Assembly: GCA_963924565.1 (NCBI GenBank)
Contig: OZ004612.1
Span: 744,001 to 808,000 of the forward strand
Length of the DNA: 64,000 nt
DNA from: Ascidiella aspersa
Taxonomy: Eukaryota
Direction of reading: 5' to 3'
The notes below the pieces were generated by a model. It was not told where the DNA came from and ran no database searches. It was given only the letters and a program-made list of their open reading frames with translations. The translations under genes and the position numbers were made by a program. Below, in pieces: positions 1 through 41,600 of this stretch. Position 1 is the first letter of the stretch. Each line of letters begins with the position of its first letter.

Positions 1-3000
1 TTGCATAACTCCTGGAATATTGGTTGTACAGAGCTGAAATTTGTACATTTTGCTGGCATTTACAGTAGAAAATAGTGTGATGGTAGAAAGTTTATATTGC
101 TACGTATACTGTGTTATTTTAAGTTCTACAGCACTTTCAGTTCAAGGGATATATAACTACTTGGGTTGTTGTTTTATTTTTGATACGGTGGGCAAACTCT
201 GAAATGTTCAGTGTTGAAACTCTCGTTACAAACTAAAAAGGGTTTAATTTGTCAACAACCAATGTTACTCTGAGTAAAGTGTATACTTTTGAGCTCTGTA
301 GTGTTTATATTTTCGGAGATATTCAACCACTACAGATTTCATATTTGTATCTTGTCTCTGGTTGGCAGTGTCTAGCTATTTTCCTGGATAGCCCACTCTT
401 AGCGAAGTATGTTATCTCGTGTCTTATCTGCCCCGTCTTGGATGCCATCTTTCCAGTTTAAATGTCGTTTCTCTTGCTTGTGTGCGTTGGATCATATTAC
501 AACGGCTTGACTGTAGCGGACTGCTCAGTTGTATGATTTGCCCCAGAGACAGACAACGACCAGTCAATTCTCTTAGGATGTGGTTTAAAATGAATGCTTT
601 AAAGGTGTCTGAGGTTGGCGTGTAGCAGACGTTAGGTTTTGAGCGGTGCTGTAGGGTTGACCGAAGTAATATTGACTTAAAACTCTTCTTATACTTGGTA
701 TAAGTGTAGATTCGAGGACATCACTTTATTTTACTGGATTTCAAGTAGTTTTGGAATAAGTTTGCTTTGGTGTATTTTATTTATCAAACGAGTGAACGTT
801 TTTTGCGCGTGTGAAGTATTTTGCCATAGATCAATAAATAGGACTTTTCGACAATTAATTAATCTTTGTAACTTTGTTAAGCGAGATAAAAGCTCGAAAT
901 CCTAATCTAGAAACGTTACTAGAATGTAAAAAATCTTTTTTTAGGTGGTTTGCATGAAGTTTAACTTTTGTGTTTTGCTAAACGGTTAGTCACGTGTACT
1001 CAAATGTAAAGTCGTTTTCGTTTAATAAATTTATTTTGCAATCTTAGCAGATCTATTTAATTTTTTTGGAAAATGTTTTCTAGTTTCCTATTCCGATCCT
1101 TGTGTTACCGCAAGTAAGCTATATTAAGCGGGGAATGCGTGGAGCGTCACTTGCGTTTCAATACTTGTGTTTGCGTTGTGCGTTTCACAACTTGGCGCGA
1201 AGTTCTTGAGTAAACCACGAACCATTTGAGAAAGTAACAAACCCGGGCGCGGATCGGGTAATTTTACCATTAAATTCGCATTCCACTTCAAGTAAACTTA
1301 TTATAGAAATTTGTATTAAATTACTATAACAGACTTGCTGTGTCAAAATTGAGACGTGGTCTTGATGATTTATATGATTTTACTTGTAAATAAAAGATTT
1401 TTGAATTATAAAAGGTTTTCTTACCGCAGAAATGCTACTTTAAAGGGTCGTTCTGCTGTATGCAAATACGTAGCTTAACTGAAGTGTCGATTTAATGGCA
1501 AATGGCTTTTCGATCATTGGCGCAAATACAAAACACGCAATCCAAGAACAGAACAAATGTTACTTAGCATTAAAAACATCCCTGTAACTAGACGTATTCG
1601 GCTTTCTGCGATAATTGTATGAACTGTTATTTCGGAATATGTTGTTGTCATGCACAGTTTGTGATTTCGATTTTCACTCATTCTAATACAAAGCATGCAA
1701 CCCAAGGTCGGTGACCTGCCTAACAACTTAAGTAACAAGTCATGTGTAGCACACTTCAGGTAGATTATGTTTGCTGATTCGTGTCAACGTTGTTTGGCTA
1801 CAAATGTACGTTACCTGTTGTGGCGTTGCTACTTTACCTATACTCGGTGTCATCGTGTTTGAAGACGACCTGTAAAAGTATTATTTCATCAATTTACCGC
1901 CGCACTTAATCATCGTCGATCGTCAACTGGTTTAGTAAACAAGATCTCGGCATTGTTGAAATATTATGCAAACAGAAAGCAGAAGTGAGACAACGTTCTA
2001 GGTTGTTTTATTAAGTTAGAGTTGTAGCACATCACAAAAAAACACTCCAACGATTTTTGCGGGTCGATCAAAAAGCAGTGGCATTTCCCTGTTATGGAAG
2101 TGATCAATAGAAACGGTATAAAATGTAGGATCTTTAAGAACTGGTTTACGATACTTTACAAAATTCAATATTTCTTTGCAAGATTTAATAAACCCAGTAA
2201 TGTAATTTAAATATTGAAGAACATTATGTAACAGAAAAGACCTAAAGTACGGCTGGCGTGTACACAAGAAAAAAAAACGAAGGAAAAAAATTAAAGCCCG
2301 TAGGCAGCCTTACGAAAACACTGGAATTTATTGTAATAATTTACAGGCTGTTTTATGTATAAATCGTTATATAATGGCATTGTTTTATGGCATCCTCAAA
2401 AATGGACCTAATTCCGCTTGTGGAAACTTCCTAGTAAGAATATTAAAGTCCAAACGATGGAAATACCATTTTAAACGTTTCTAATAAATCTTAAGATAAT
2501 GGCTGGAGCTTTTAGGTAGATGTAGAATGAATATCAAGGCCCAGGCTTTTGAACGTTTCGAATATCTCTTTATTGAATTTTAACCTGAAAAAACTTGTTA
2601 TTTCTGTAAGGATAATATTTTGTGATTTAAAAAATATATTTGTTGAATTTGAAAGTTAAATCATTTTACAAACTTATATTGGCTTCTAATAATGTTTATT
2701 GCGCAAACAGTTACAGGAAGTTCAATTTTCACGCTTTGCATTCTTCTTCCCTCAGTAGAAATCCAATTACCTCAAGCAGAAGCCTTGGGCGATCTCTAGC
2801 CACAGTTTATAAGCGACCTAATTGCACAGATAGGTCAGGCGCCAATAAAACGAGCTCGTTAGCTTGTTGTGCAGCTGTAGACACCCATACAAAAGTAGGT
2901 TGATTTAAGTTGTTTGTCACTTTCCATCACCCTGATAATGCATAAACGCAGCTGCTTCTAAGGTCGATAAAATCACACTTTAGGAGAAATTGGTATTGGC

Positions 3001-3733
3001 TTGGTTTAAAAGTGAAACAAAGGCTTTTAGTGCATCTGCGTATTTACGAAAATCAAAATTCCTTTCACAGTTTTTAAGTTCAGTTTTGTTTTGTTGCTAA
3101 TCGTACGTTGTAATCACGAAAAATAGACGATTTTCTAAATACTGATTTTCTCTACATAAGTTTAGTTCAAGTTAATACAAAAATGGGTAATTTTAGTTTT
3201 TGGTCTTACTGAATTTTGTCTTTAATTCGATGTTTATTTATTTTAGATATTGACTTAACGATCAATTTGTAGTTCAAAATAAATTTGTTGATGTGGATTT
3301 AAAAAATGTGAAATGTACCTTTGAAAAGCGAATTTGAGTTTTTAAGCCCTGTGGCGAGTGTGTCTTATCAGCGCATTACAGCTTCTTATCGATGCCAGTT
3401 TTTATATCGTTCTTGCCTTCACTTAACGTTACTACGCTTTATATATTTAAAATAAACAATATTTATACCAAATCATTATTTGCAGCGATAAAAATTGAGG
3501 TTGAACAAATAACGAAACAAGGACTAACGTCCTTAATGTTTTTAAGGGAACGATTTATTACTTATTGTTAAAAAAGGTTTAAACTAGCAGCTTGCTTCTA
3601 CTTCTGGCAGTAATTTTGTGCTGATAAATCAGAGGTGTTGTTATTTTTTAAACGATTTAGTGACCGATAAGAATGTGTGGCACATATACCATGTATAGGA
3701 ACTTATATTTTACTCATTATTTGTTTGTTGTAG

Positions 3734-30681
<26,948 letters not shown>

Positions 30682-32697
30682 CCTCACAACGACCCACGCT
30701 GCAATGCGCTAACACCAAATGCAGGCCGGCTCCAACCGTTGTGTGCTTTTTTCTTCACTCATTTAGCGTTTTTTTTAGTTTTTTTAAAGGTTTTATTCGA
30801 TTTTAAGACTTGTTTGTTGCGCTTTGCGCGATAATGAAATGTGTGTTCGCAATATTTTTCTAAGGTACAAATTTTACGTAACGCGGATGTATTAAAAAAC
30901 GCCCAATTGGACCAATTATCAATCTAGGTGTTTTCGGTTAGAAGATTTTTACCAGAAATGGTGTTACTTTTGATATTTTATCATTTTTATCTTTTCCCAG
31001 AGTACGTGATGTTAACTAACGCCAGCATAAACGTAAAACCGTTGCAATTTGAATATTCTACAATCATCGAATTTCTTTTCGTGTTTCGCCAGCTATCTTT
31101 GTCAATAAATTACGTTTTTTGAAACCTGCTTGCTTTTATACACAGACAATTTATCAAACATCACTTCGTTAAAAAGTTGCACTAAACGACAACAACTGCT
31201 GACTTGCGTAAAGTTATTTTCGCCGAACCTCGTCTAGAAATACAACCGTTCTCTTGTCAGCTATTTTACATTATAAGCCAATATAGATACGAATTTGAGT
31301 CTTTAAAAAATGTCCATGCTTGTACAAATCAAAACGTTATGTGCTAGTATCCTATCAGTCCCCACCAAGATCCAATAATATATCTATCGAACTAATATCC
31401 TCTTTTAGTCACGACCAGACAATTAAAGTGCTGGGAGACTTTTGGTGCTCGTTTGTTGTTTAGTTACGCGCCAAACTCTAGGAAAAAAGCACCCGGCGTT
31501 CATCAAAATTTACATCAGCCGTAAGAAAACCTATAAGTTGCCCCTTTCTTTGTCTGGTGATATCATTTGCTAGACTTTACGAGCAGTCATGTATTTAAAA
31601 TGAACCTCATTTTGTAATTTGTTATTCCGATATAACGAATGATTAGATGCATTTAAATTGAAATTCTTCGTAGACAATTTTGTTCTTGTGTTAGAAGGCT
31701 AATATTGCGCATCTATATGAGTTTAAAGGCTGTATTAAACCTATTTTGTGTTTCAGTGAAAAACTTTGAACATCAAAGTCAAAAACAAAATTGTTTTAAT
31801 TCGAAATGGTTTTACTTTTAAAAAAGGCTTTAAATTGAAACATTATGTAATTGAGGTTCCAAATAATTCAAATTATACGACAAAAACAATTGAGTTATTG
31901 GTTTTAAAATATATTCAGCTATTAAACTATGAAATTTATGCCTGAAGATTTATTTATAACTTTCTTAACAGTTAAAAAATATTGTAAGTTATTTGTGGGG
32001 ATTAACTCACGGCAAGAAATGGCGTGTAGTTGCAGCAATTGCAAAAATCAACTTGATTAGAGCAATGCCAATTCAGAAAATTGACATTTTAGCAAAATAT
32101 ATTACGATTTTGTCATAATTATAGTTATTTTATCTTGCAAAATCAACATTTTTCTCTAGGTGTTTAGAGCACTGCTTATTTACTTGGCCAGGTCACTTGA
32201 GAAAACTTAGGCAGCAGTTTTATTGTTTTTATTTGATCATTGCCTCGATTGTAGTCGGCGTTACGTAACAATGTTGAGCGCTGTGCTGTATTGTGACGCG
32301 TGTTGCCAAACAATGCCTCAGGTATAGAACATAACGTCATCGCTAAGCGCAATTAACTCTGGTTTGCTTGAAATCGCTTGATATTTAACTTGTATGCGGA
32401 AATAGGCGACTGCTGCTCTACCAACTGAAATATCGACAAAGTGAACAAAAATATGTTTTATTAAAAATGAAAGAAAGTTTAATTTTTTCGATTTTAATTA
32501 AATAATATGTCAGGAACATCACAGATCTTCTTAACTTTATTAATAACATCCTAAAATCATATTGACGCTGTAAATCATTGTTAAAAGGCACTGGGGGTCG
32601 AAACAAACGATCGAAAAATAGTTTTTGATTTATACGCGACAAATTAAAAAGGGCAATAAACAGGAATACTTAAGTCAATTGGCGGACACCAGTTCAT

Positions 32698-34165
32698 TCA
32701 AAGAAGCTCAATAATTAAACATAAGTTTATTTTTTTGTGATTAAAAGCTCGGCAAGTTTTATATTGCCAAAACGTGATTGCTGTGTTAAAACTCTCGACT
32801 GCTTTTTTATGTAGTTTCATGTGCCAATAACATTCACTGATTCCCAAGTGACAACCTGCAATATGCATCGCTGCTTCTTTATCAGGATCCGACGTCGAAT
32901 GAAGTTCGATTTCTTGTACAAAGCATTTCACCGCATTTTCAAACTTGCCTAGTTGTTGATACGAACAACCGACATAACAAATAGGATATATAAGCTATAG
33001 GATATGTATATTCTTCTGGTGACGCTATTTTTATGTATACTTGCTGTTTTTCGAAATAAGCAACAACTTGCTCAGGTTTGTTAAATTCAAAGCTACAAAT
33101 AATGAGTGCCCCATAACATTTTCCAATCATGGCATCTCTCTCTGCAGTTTTATGAAATCCCAAAAACATTCTTAGAGAAGTTTCCAGTGTGTCACAAGCT
33201 TCCTCGTATCGATCAAGTTGGTTAAGACAAACTCCAGCGTTTAATTGCGCATTTGCAACTAACCGCATAAAGTCATGTCCCTGGTGTCCTTCACATGTGG
33301 AGTTTATTTCTTTGAACTGATCTAAAGCTAATTTGTAGTTTTTTGGGTTTTTATTATAATGTATTCCAATACACTCATACATTTAAGCTCTGACAAAAAC
33401 TTTGCTAAGACGAAAATTTTTACTTGAGGGATAGGGCTCATAAGCCTCGTTATACAAATGGCTTGCTCGCAGAAAGTTTTTCTTATTTACGTGAATTTTA
33501 GCACGGAACGCTTTGCATTCAGCAGGAAGGTGACATTTGTGGTTTGGAACGTAATGCTTACTCTTAGAAATATTTTCCGTCGCGTTTTCAGCTTCTGTGT
33601 AGTTTTCCATCTTGATGTGAGTTTGAGCAAGTTCTAGCAACGCAACTGCTGTGTCGTGATCTGAAGTTTCATCGAAGACCTTTTCACGACATTGAAGTAG
33701 ATATTTCTCGCCGTATTCAATGCTTTCTTTGTATTTACCAATTCCACGGTAATACCGAGCAATATAAAGTTGTGCACATTCCCAAACACTGTCGTTTAGA
33801 ACAATGTTGATTATATCGCCAGCCTTCTTCAACATATTCGTATCAACATACAACCCGAACAACTGGCATTGGACTTCTCGGATCTCCATATCTGTGGTGC
33901 TAAAATGCAAAGCTTGTTCGTAACAATTAATCGCATCCAAGTTCATTCCAAAATCATTGTGACATCTTCCCATCATATCCAAGGTAAAAGCCCGACTTGG
34001 ATCGCGGTCCTCCATAAAATCTAAAGCATGTTGAAAGCACTTTAAAGCGGTTTCGAGCTGATTAACTCTACAGTTACAAAAACCTTCAAAAATGCAACTC
34101 AGTTGTTTTGCTTCTTTCAATTCAAATACATTTTTGCTTCTGCATATAAAACCGCTAAAGTGCAA
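32698..34165 (-). pseudogene. 5'-truncated TPR-only paralog of the NTase-TPR gene
   Basis: ORFs 33383-34165, 32939-33382 and 32698-32931 align co-linearly with the C-terminal TPR part of 60181-63190 (CRSKNVFELKEAK versus CKSKNIFELKKAK; LVANAQLNAGVCLNQL is shared). There is an in-frame TAA at 33383-33385, a frameshift near 32935, and no NTase-domain sequence upstream. Confidence 0.8.
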
Positions 34166-35329
34166 TGTGCGGTTTGGTCACATGACTTGGGTTGAAATGA
34201 ATTGTGTTTATTCAACATTTTACTCTAAAATATAGTTATTTACTTAATTTTTTGCGCCTAAAACGATTATCATATATGTTGGGTATTTCTTATTATTAGT
34301 TGATTTTTTACTGAACTTGGTTTTTTATTTTTTTTACTTCGACTTAAACTTAGCTTAAAGCGCCTATAAACTTCGTTTTTGTAGCCTGATACACTCTAGT
34401 AACCAACGTTTTACTGACAATTAATGTCAAAACTTTCAAATAATACAATAGCATTGACACAAAAGCACATACTGTAACGTAATACCTGTGACAATTTAGC
34501 TTTGTAAAATGTTTAACTAGTTAAAAAAATATGAAGACCAGTGTATTACATCCAACTAAAACCTCCAGCCATAATGATAAAACAACAATAAAATGAGTTC
34601 TGTGTCGTCCTGTAATTTATTTAAACTTGAAAAGAACACGACCTTGGGAGTTGCGTTATACATTAATATGTAAGTTTCTTGCAAGTTACATCAATAAATC
34701 TTCACACACGCCCTTTAAAATGAACAGCAATAAATTAAATTCCTGCAAAATTTACTCGAAACTCACCTCAAGGCAATCAATTAATTGCCAATCTAGCATT
34801 GCGTTCTTGTGGCTTCCAGCATGCTTTGGGCTGCAAAGAAGTCAGTTTGTTGCAACGGTTCAACAAACCTTGTTCATTTAAGCGTTTCTACAGCGGGCCT
34901 TGGTTGAAAAATAAGTTGTTGCAGTAATTTAATTCCAGAAAAACGCTAACTTTTATGTTGACCTTCTGTTAGTATGCATTATATTTTGTTGTTACACTGC
35001 GTAGCTGACGTGTTGTATCAAAGGTTGTACAACTCTAGATGTATCGCCACTTTTTTGTCACCTGATGTTTTCATCTACCAAAATTTTGCTGTTGGTTTTG
35101 CTGTTATGTATAATTTTATGTTAAAAGAATTGGATGTAAAAATATATGGAACTGTATAAAAAAATATAATAAAAAGATGTTGCATGCAGAATATTTTGAA
35201 GTTATTTCAAATATTTGTATTAGAAAAGGTTAAAATCTTATCAAAGACGAATTAAATTATGTGTTTACTTTGTTTTCTGGTTGATTGTACATTATGCCTT
35301 GATCGTAAGATTAAGGTTTTATTGACATA

Positions 35330-35990
35330 TTTTGGGTTGTTAGCTGTTGTCTTTGAATACATTTTTTGCGTCAGTTTTTAATTTTGTTTTTGTCTGTTTT
35401 TGTTTTTTTGTTCGAAGAATTTTTTTGTCCTTTTCGGTTGTTTGAAAGATTTTGTTTTGACAGTTCGTGAAGGATTTTTTTGGTTGTTTGAAAGATTTTG
35501 TTCTTGTCGTTTTGGGTTGTTTGAAAGATTTGTTTTTGTCTACTTTGATTGTTGACCGATTTTATTCGTGTCTTTTTTTTTGTTGTTTGGGAGATTTTTT
35601 TTTTGTCCTTTTGGTTGTTTGAAGGATTTTGTTCTTGTATGTTTTTCTGTTTTATTCGTAGGATGTTGTTCTTGTATTTTTAGTTGTTTGAAAGATTTTT
35701 TTGTCCTTTTGGTTGTTTGAAGGATTTTTCTTTTGTCTGTTTTTTCGAAGGATGTTGTTCTTTAATTTCTAGTTGTTTTTAGGATTTTGTTTTGACATTT
35801 CTTAATGGATTTTGTTTTTTTCGGTTGTTTAAACGATTTTGTTATTGTCTTTGCTGGTTGTTTGTAGGATTTTATTATTAGATTTTATGGTTATTTGTAT
35901 GCGATATTTTGTTTTGAACTTTTTGCATGATGAATGATTTTGTTGCTCTAACTTTTTTGTTGTTTGGCGGATTTTCTTGTTGAATAATAA
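35330..35990. repeat. Degenerate T/G-rich low-complexity tandem repeat (TTTGGTTGTTTGAAAGATTTTGTT-like unit)
   Basis: Recurrent GGTTGTTTGAA(A/G)GATTTT units with strong T skew on the + strand. Confidence 0.75.
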
Positions 35991-37992
35991 GTGTTTTGAC
36001 TATTTGTTTAGACATAATTTTATGTACATCTTATGCTTATTGCGTTTGGTTTTTGCTTGGTGGTTTGTTTTGATTATGTTAAAATTGCTTTTGGCGTTTC
36101 AGAATAATTTTATTGTTATCGTAGTGTGTCATTTCTTTCAATAAATAATTTGGAAGTTTATGGCCTGCGTGTTTATTCCACGAAAACTATGTTGTAGTCG
36201 TACAAGTTGTGCGCGCGACTGAAAAAATATTTGAGATTTGTGGCGTTAAATGTATATAACCTATTATATTAGGCCTTTATTGTTCTATAATCTGCAACAT
36301 GACAACATATACTCACAGAAAGCTCAACAAGCTGTTTTTTCTGCGCAGAACATCAACTTCATACCGAAGACTGCAGCCAACAAGGAAAGAGCAGCAAGTT
36401 TAGCGGAGCACGCAGCAGCTGGTAAGTTTTCCTGCGTGGACCACAACACTTGCTTGTTTCACATTTAACGTTGGTTTCAGATACGCAGATTGAAGCGCCT
36501 CTGATTTGATAAAGATGGAGCAACTATACAACGGAATCATCATAATGTTTCACCATCAAGGTAATGGAAAGTTGGTTGTTTAAATGCTCTAATTACCTCA
36601 GAATAAAACGTGCTATAAAAGGGTCGTACTTTCTGCTTAAGTCACAAATCTTAACAAACTTCTTACCCAAGTAAGCAATAACTGTAAATAATGCGAATCA
36701 AAAATTGTGCCTAATATGCCAGTGCAATTAGATTTGTGACAATCGCTCACTTAAATAACTTGCTGAATAGTGTAGTACAATACACTTAATACATAATTAA
36801 GGTATTTGAGTGCGAAATGTGGTGAAGAGAGTTTTCTTGTATTAGAAACATCATACTGTACTTTAGGTATTTTGTTACACCTTTATGCTTGTTTGAAATT
36901 TGCTTTTTCAACGGAGTTTTTTTGAGACATTTTTACAAAAACTGTTTTTAGAATGAGACCGGAATCCATTCGTTTAATGTTTGTTCGTAAAGGAACATTA
37001 CTCTGTCAAACTTTATCCGTTAACTGTATTGTAAAACGCTATTTGTTGGTAAGTTGGATTGTGCTTGTTTAATTTAATAGTTACGTGTAAGGTTAGCGAT
37101 TTACGCAATAATCGGTCTTTTGCGTTTGACATAATTTGCCAAGTTTTCTCTCTCGCCAGTCTGGTGATTGAGCGTCAAGTCATATTAAACTTAACCATCC
37201 TTATTATTTTGCGAAACTGTTATTGGCGACACTTACCGGATTTAATGATATAATCCTAAACATAATCGAATATAACTATAATAATATCGCCGATGCAAGC
37301 AAGAGAAGACAATCCTCGACTACCGGATATATCCCACAAGAGTCGTGATAAGACATAGTATGAAACGAAAGGACAAGCAGGGTTAGTTCTATACAAAGCA
37401 TGTTTACTTAAACTAAATCCATTAATCCCTAGTGAAGTTTTTTGTGTAAATTTGCAAATTTCTAATTTTTTTATTTTGCAGCAATTGTAAAATTTGATAT
37501 TTTTTCGACTGCCCACACAACAGCAATGTTTTTCAGTCCGAAAATTAAGAATTTTTATCATCCCAAATATTTAAAAATGTAACAACCACAAGAGTGAAAT
37601 CTCAAGTTAACTTAGAACATTGACGTCACACGCCAAACTTTAATTAAATGGCGTTTATGTAGCAGACCCGCATTTCATCTACCACATGCATTAATTATTA
37701 TAGATTGTGGGGCTTGTTGGGAGATTAATTATTCGCAAACTTCGTTTTTCACAGAAATAATCCGGTGTCGAGTTGGAGCTTTAAATGTTATTTGCAACAA
37801 CAAAATTTGAATTTAATTAGCGTTTGTTGTTTTTGTAGTTTGTTCACCACTCTCCTCCAAATTCAACAACAACTTCGTATGACGTCATAAAGCATCGTCT
37901 TTAACCAAGTGACGTAACAATAGTGTATTGGCTGTAGCGCGCGTCAACCTCGCTTGTGGGATTTTATATTTATTTGTTAAAATCTCAAACAT

Positions 37993-38208
37993 CGCGTAAT
38001 CTCGTTCGTATGTTGCGCAATATCGGTTAAGCATTACGCAACACCGGTTCTACAATGCGTCGCATCTGTGCTGCGTAAAATCGGTCATTTTTTGCGTAAT
38101 ATTGGAATAATATTACGCAGTTTCAGTTCCATACTGCGTAAAGTCGGTTCATCATTGCATAATCTCTGTTCTAGGTTGCGTAATTCCGGTTTCGTATTGC
38201 GTAATTTT
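37993..38208. repeat. Degenerate minisatellite with a unit of about 21 bp (TTGCGTAAT-N2-CGGTTC core)
   Basis: About 10 units with recurring T(G/A)CG(T/C)AA at roughly 21-nt spacing. Confidence 0.65.
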
Positions 38209-40866
38209 CTTACCTAAACCCAGTTATTTCAGGTTCAGTTGTATTTTATTCAGATTCTTGAGACAAAGATTTATTCAGAAGGAATATCTTTACTACGCGT
38301 AAAAGATTTCGCAACAAACTAGTTTTTTGTCGTTTTTTTAACAAATTTTGCAAACACCTTAAAACACTATAAACAAATATCATTATCAATATTTTTGTCC
38401 CACAAGTGAAGTTGACATTTGTTGTTATTGATAATAATTTAAAAACTTTTCAAACGAATTCGATGTTAATGATAATAAGTAAGGTACAACCATGGGCGCG
38501 TTACAGCTTTTATTTCTTTTTGCTAATAGCCAAGCATTTAAAGTCACCGGTCATCATACTTTTTATTTTAGATTGTAAATCGCGTCCAGTAAGATAAATT
38601 TCCATTCATCAAATTGTGAGAATTAGCTTTATTAGAATGTCTATATTTTTTTAAATTATAATCGCGGACCAATAATGGCGGTGGATAGCGACAACTTAGG
38701 AACCAGTTGGTTAGAAAGATGTTGCTTGATTAGAAACAACAATGTCCGAAATATTCAAAGTTATGAAGATTTTAGAAGATTACAAAAGAACACGCGCAAA
38801 CAGAATCATAAAATTGCAGGCAGTTTATTTTGTTTCTGTCGATTCAGGATTATCGTAGAAAAGAAAAAAATCACTTTTTAGTAAAAAAAAGGATTTGCTA
38901 GAAGTAAAATTTAGATAAATTCCGCTGAGTCAGCAAGAAAGCACTACCACCGAAGTTGCGGAGTCATATTGAGATCGGGTAAGTTTCGTTTTAACTTTAG
39001 TTGCAAACTGCATCAAATTTCTCGCGTATTTTGTTTGATTTCAGATTCGACATGTTCCTACTGCTGCCACCTACCGGACACACCTGATTCCCAAGAAGGT
39101 AAAAATAAATAACTTTCCTTTAATGAAATAAATCTGTACATGAAGAAACTTCACGATACTAGACCAAATCTACTTTTCAGCTGCATTTCATGTTTATGAC
39201 GCACCCCTCGAATAATTAAGCATAACATATCGAGATTAAATAAAAACAATCCTAAAGAATAACTTTCAATCATTATTATGCTTGCACATGTAAGACATCA
39301 AATGACCTTCACAGTCCGTCAGTAGATTATTTTTCCTATAAGTGTTGAGCGCCAACCCGCACAAGTTAACCTTGGCACTAATTGAATGTAAACGCCAGCA
39401 AAGAACCCTTCCTTGTTCTATTAATGAAAATATATTGCTGACAAATGTTGGATTTCATTAAAATAATTTTTTTTGTTTTTAGCGATTGTGGGTGATGTAG
39501 TTACGGGTAAGTAGGCCCTGGTTCTTAATAGGAGAGCCGACGGCTGCCTCAGTCGCTTGCACGTCATTGAATCTGACCTCAAAGTAGCAGGCTGCTAGAA
39601 TACCTGTCCTTAACCGTTAACTTCTTGTACTGAGACAAAGTCACTTCAATCGGTAGATATTGTCCGTTGAGTATATATTTACAAATCTCAGAAACACACG
39701 ATATAAAGAAGCGATACTTCAGGCCGCCAATCAGTAATACGTATCTCCAGCCGCATGCACACAGTTCGGCGCTAGGTCACGCATTAGTGGAAAACGGTCA
39801 CGTGCATAGTGACGTCAATTAGGCAAAACCTAGTATTTTTGCATGTTAAATGCTACATGTTACTAAAATATTTTACCATGTTATCAATGTCCACTCATTA
39901 GAATACTATTTAGAAAACTTAAATTCTTATATTGTATTTTAAGTCAATTTTCCACGGATTTCAAATCATGTATTTTGCCTTTTAAGTGTTGCTAAACCCA
40001 AGCTCTTTTTATACAAAGAAAGCTGGAATATTTACCCAGTCATGTTTCTTCATTTCATTTCAGAGTTCGACTTCTTCAACTAGAATCCAGCCAACATACC
40101 AAACAAGGCCAAGATTAAGTATCAGGTGATAATTGTCAAGTTTAAAACCAGAATTTATTAAGTTTTGTTTTAAGATTCTTCCCTGGAAAAGTTGGAATCA
40201 ACGCGAGTTCAAGAAGTTAAACTTCTCATCAAGGAAGGAGACAAGGTCATTATAATAAACTTAGCAACATTTTGAAAACATTTTTTCAATTTATTCTGAA
40301 GTTTTTACTTGGACTAACTGATTGTAGCAATAGGAAAGTGTGGAATGAGAGTCTTGTGATTTACTATCATGACAACTTTATGAGCATATGGAAATCAAGT
40401 CCGCTAATCGTGCGACAATTTTGTTTTAAAATTAAATTAAAATTGCAGATCACCAACATGAAGGAATTCAACAATGATCATAAATAAAGACCAAGATTCA
40501 GTATCGGGTAATTATTGTCGGGTTATAGCTTTTTATTTATTTCTACTTTTGTTTAAAGATTCCTGGCGTTTCATGGACAAGATGGAATCCAAGTGACGAC
40601 GAGTTTTATTCATTGGATGGAGACAAGGTGAATACAATGAACGTTTATATACATTTATTGTTATAATCACAACTTGTGGATGTTGTTGTCAGCTTTTTGT
40701 GGCTTAAAGTAGATCAGTTGCTATTGTTGAACGAATTCACGACGGTCAGTTTTATTGTTGACATGTTATCGCTGTTGCCAGGATGATCAGTTTATTGTTA
40801 GCATTTGGTCTCTAGCTTGTGATCATTGTCATGTGCCAAGTATGTTGCCATTTTGTTCTATGCCGT

Positions 40867-41600
40867 GCTGGCAGGTTCTCGGTGTCATGTTTATTTTTAT
40901 GTCCGTGGTCAAGTTGGCAGGTGGTCGTTGGCAGGTTGTCGGTGTCATGTTTTTTTATGTCTGTAGTCAAGTTGGCAGATGGCAGGTGGTGTTGGCAGGT
41001 TGTCGGTGTCATGTTTTTTTATGTCCGTAGTCAAGTTGGCAGGTGGCAGGTTGCCGATGTCATGTTTTTTTATGTCCGTAGTCAAGTTGGCAGGTGGTCG
41101 TTGGCAGGTTGCCGATGTCATGTTTTTTTTATGTCCGTAGTCAAGTTGGCAGGTGGTCGTTGGCAGGTTGCCGATGTCATGTTTTTTTATGTCCGTAGTC
41201 AAGTTGGCAGGTGTTCGTTGGCAGGTTGTCGGTGTCATGTTTTTTTATGTCCGTAGTCAAGTTGGCAGATGGCAGGTGGTGTTGGCAGGTTGCCGATGTC
41301 ATGTTTTTTTATGTCCGTAGTCAAGTTGGCAGATGTCAGGTGGTGTTGGCAGGTTGTCGGTGTCATGTTTTTTTTTATGTCCGTAGTCAAGTTGGCAGAT
41401 GGCAGGTGGTGTAGGCAGGTTGTCGGTGTCATGTTTTTTTTTATGTCTGTAGTCAAGTTGGCAGATGGCAGGTGGTGTTGGCAGGTTGCCGATGTCATGT
41501 TTTTTTATGTCCGTAGTCAAGTTGGCAGATGGCAGGTGGTGTTGGCAGGTTGTCGGTGTCATGTTTTTTTTTTTATGTCCGTAGTCAAGTTGGCAGATGG
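40867..41600. repeat. Compound minisatellite, about 12 units of 51-68 bp (TGGCAGGTTGTCGGTGTCATG-Tn-ATGTCCGTAGTCAAGTTGGCAG...)
   Basis: GTCAAGTTGGCAG occurs 12 times, with a variable internal T-run. Degenerate GGCAGGTGG units continue to about 41860. Confidence 0.95.

Noticed and set aside
249-2267. Short ORFs at the window start and other 60-120 aa intronic ORFs
   Set aside because: No recognisable domains or splice-consistent structure. Expected by chance in AT-rich DNA with alternative start codons.
2640-2903. Possible upstream PHLDB exon (ORF 2640-2903)
   Set aside because: The candidate donor at 2895 is phase 0 while the exon at 3734 needs phase 2, and there is no recognisable motif.
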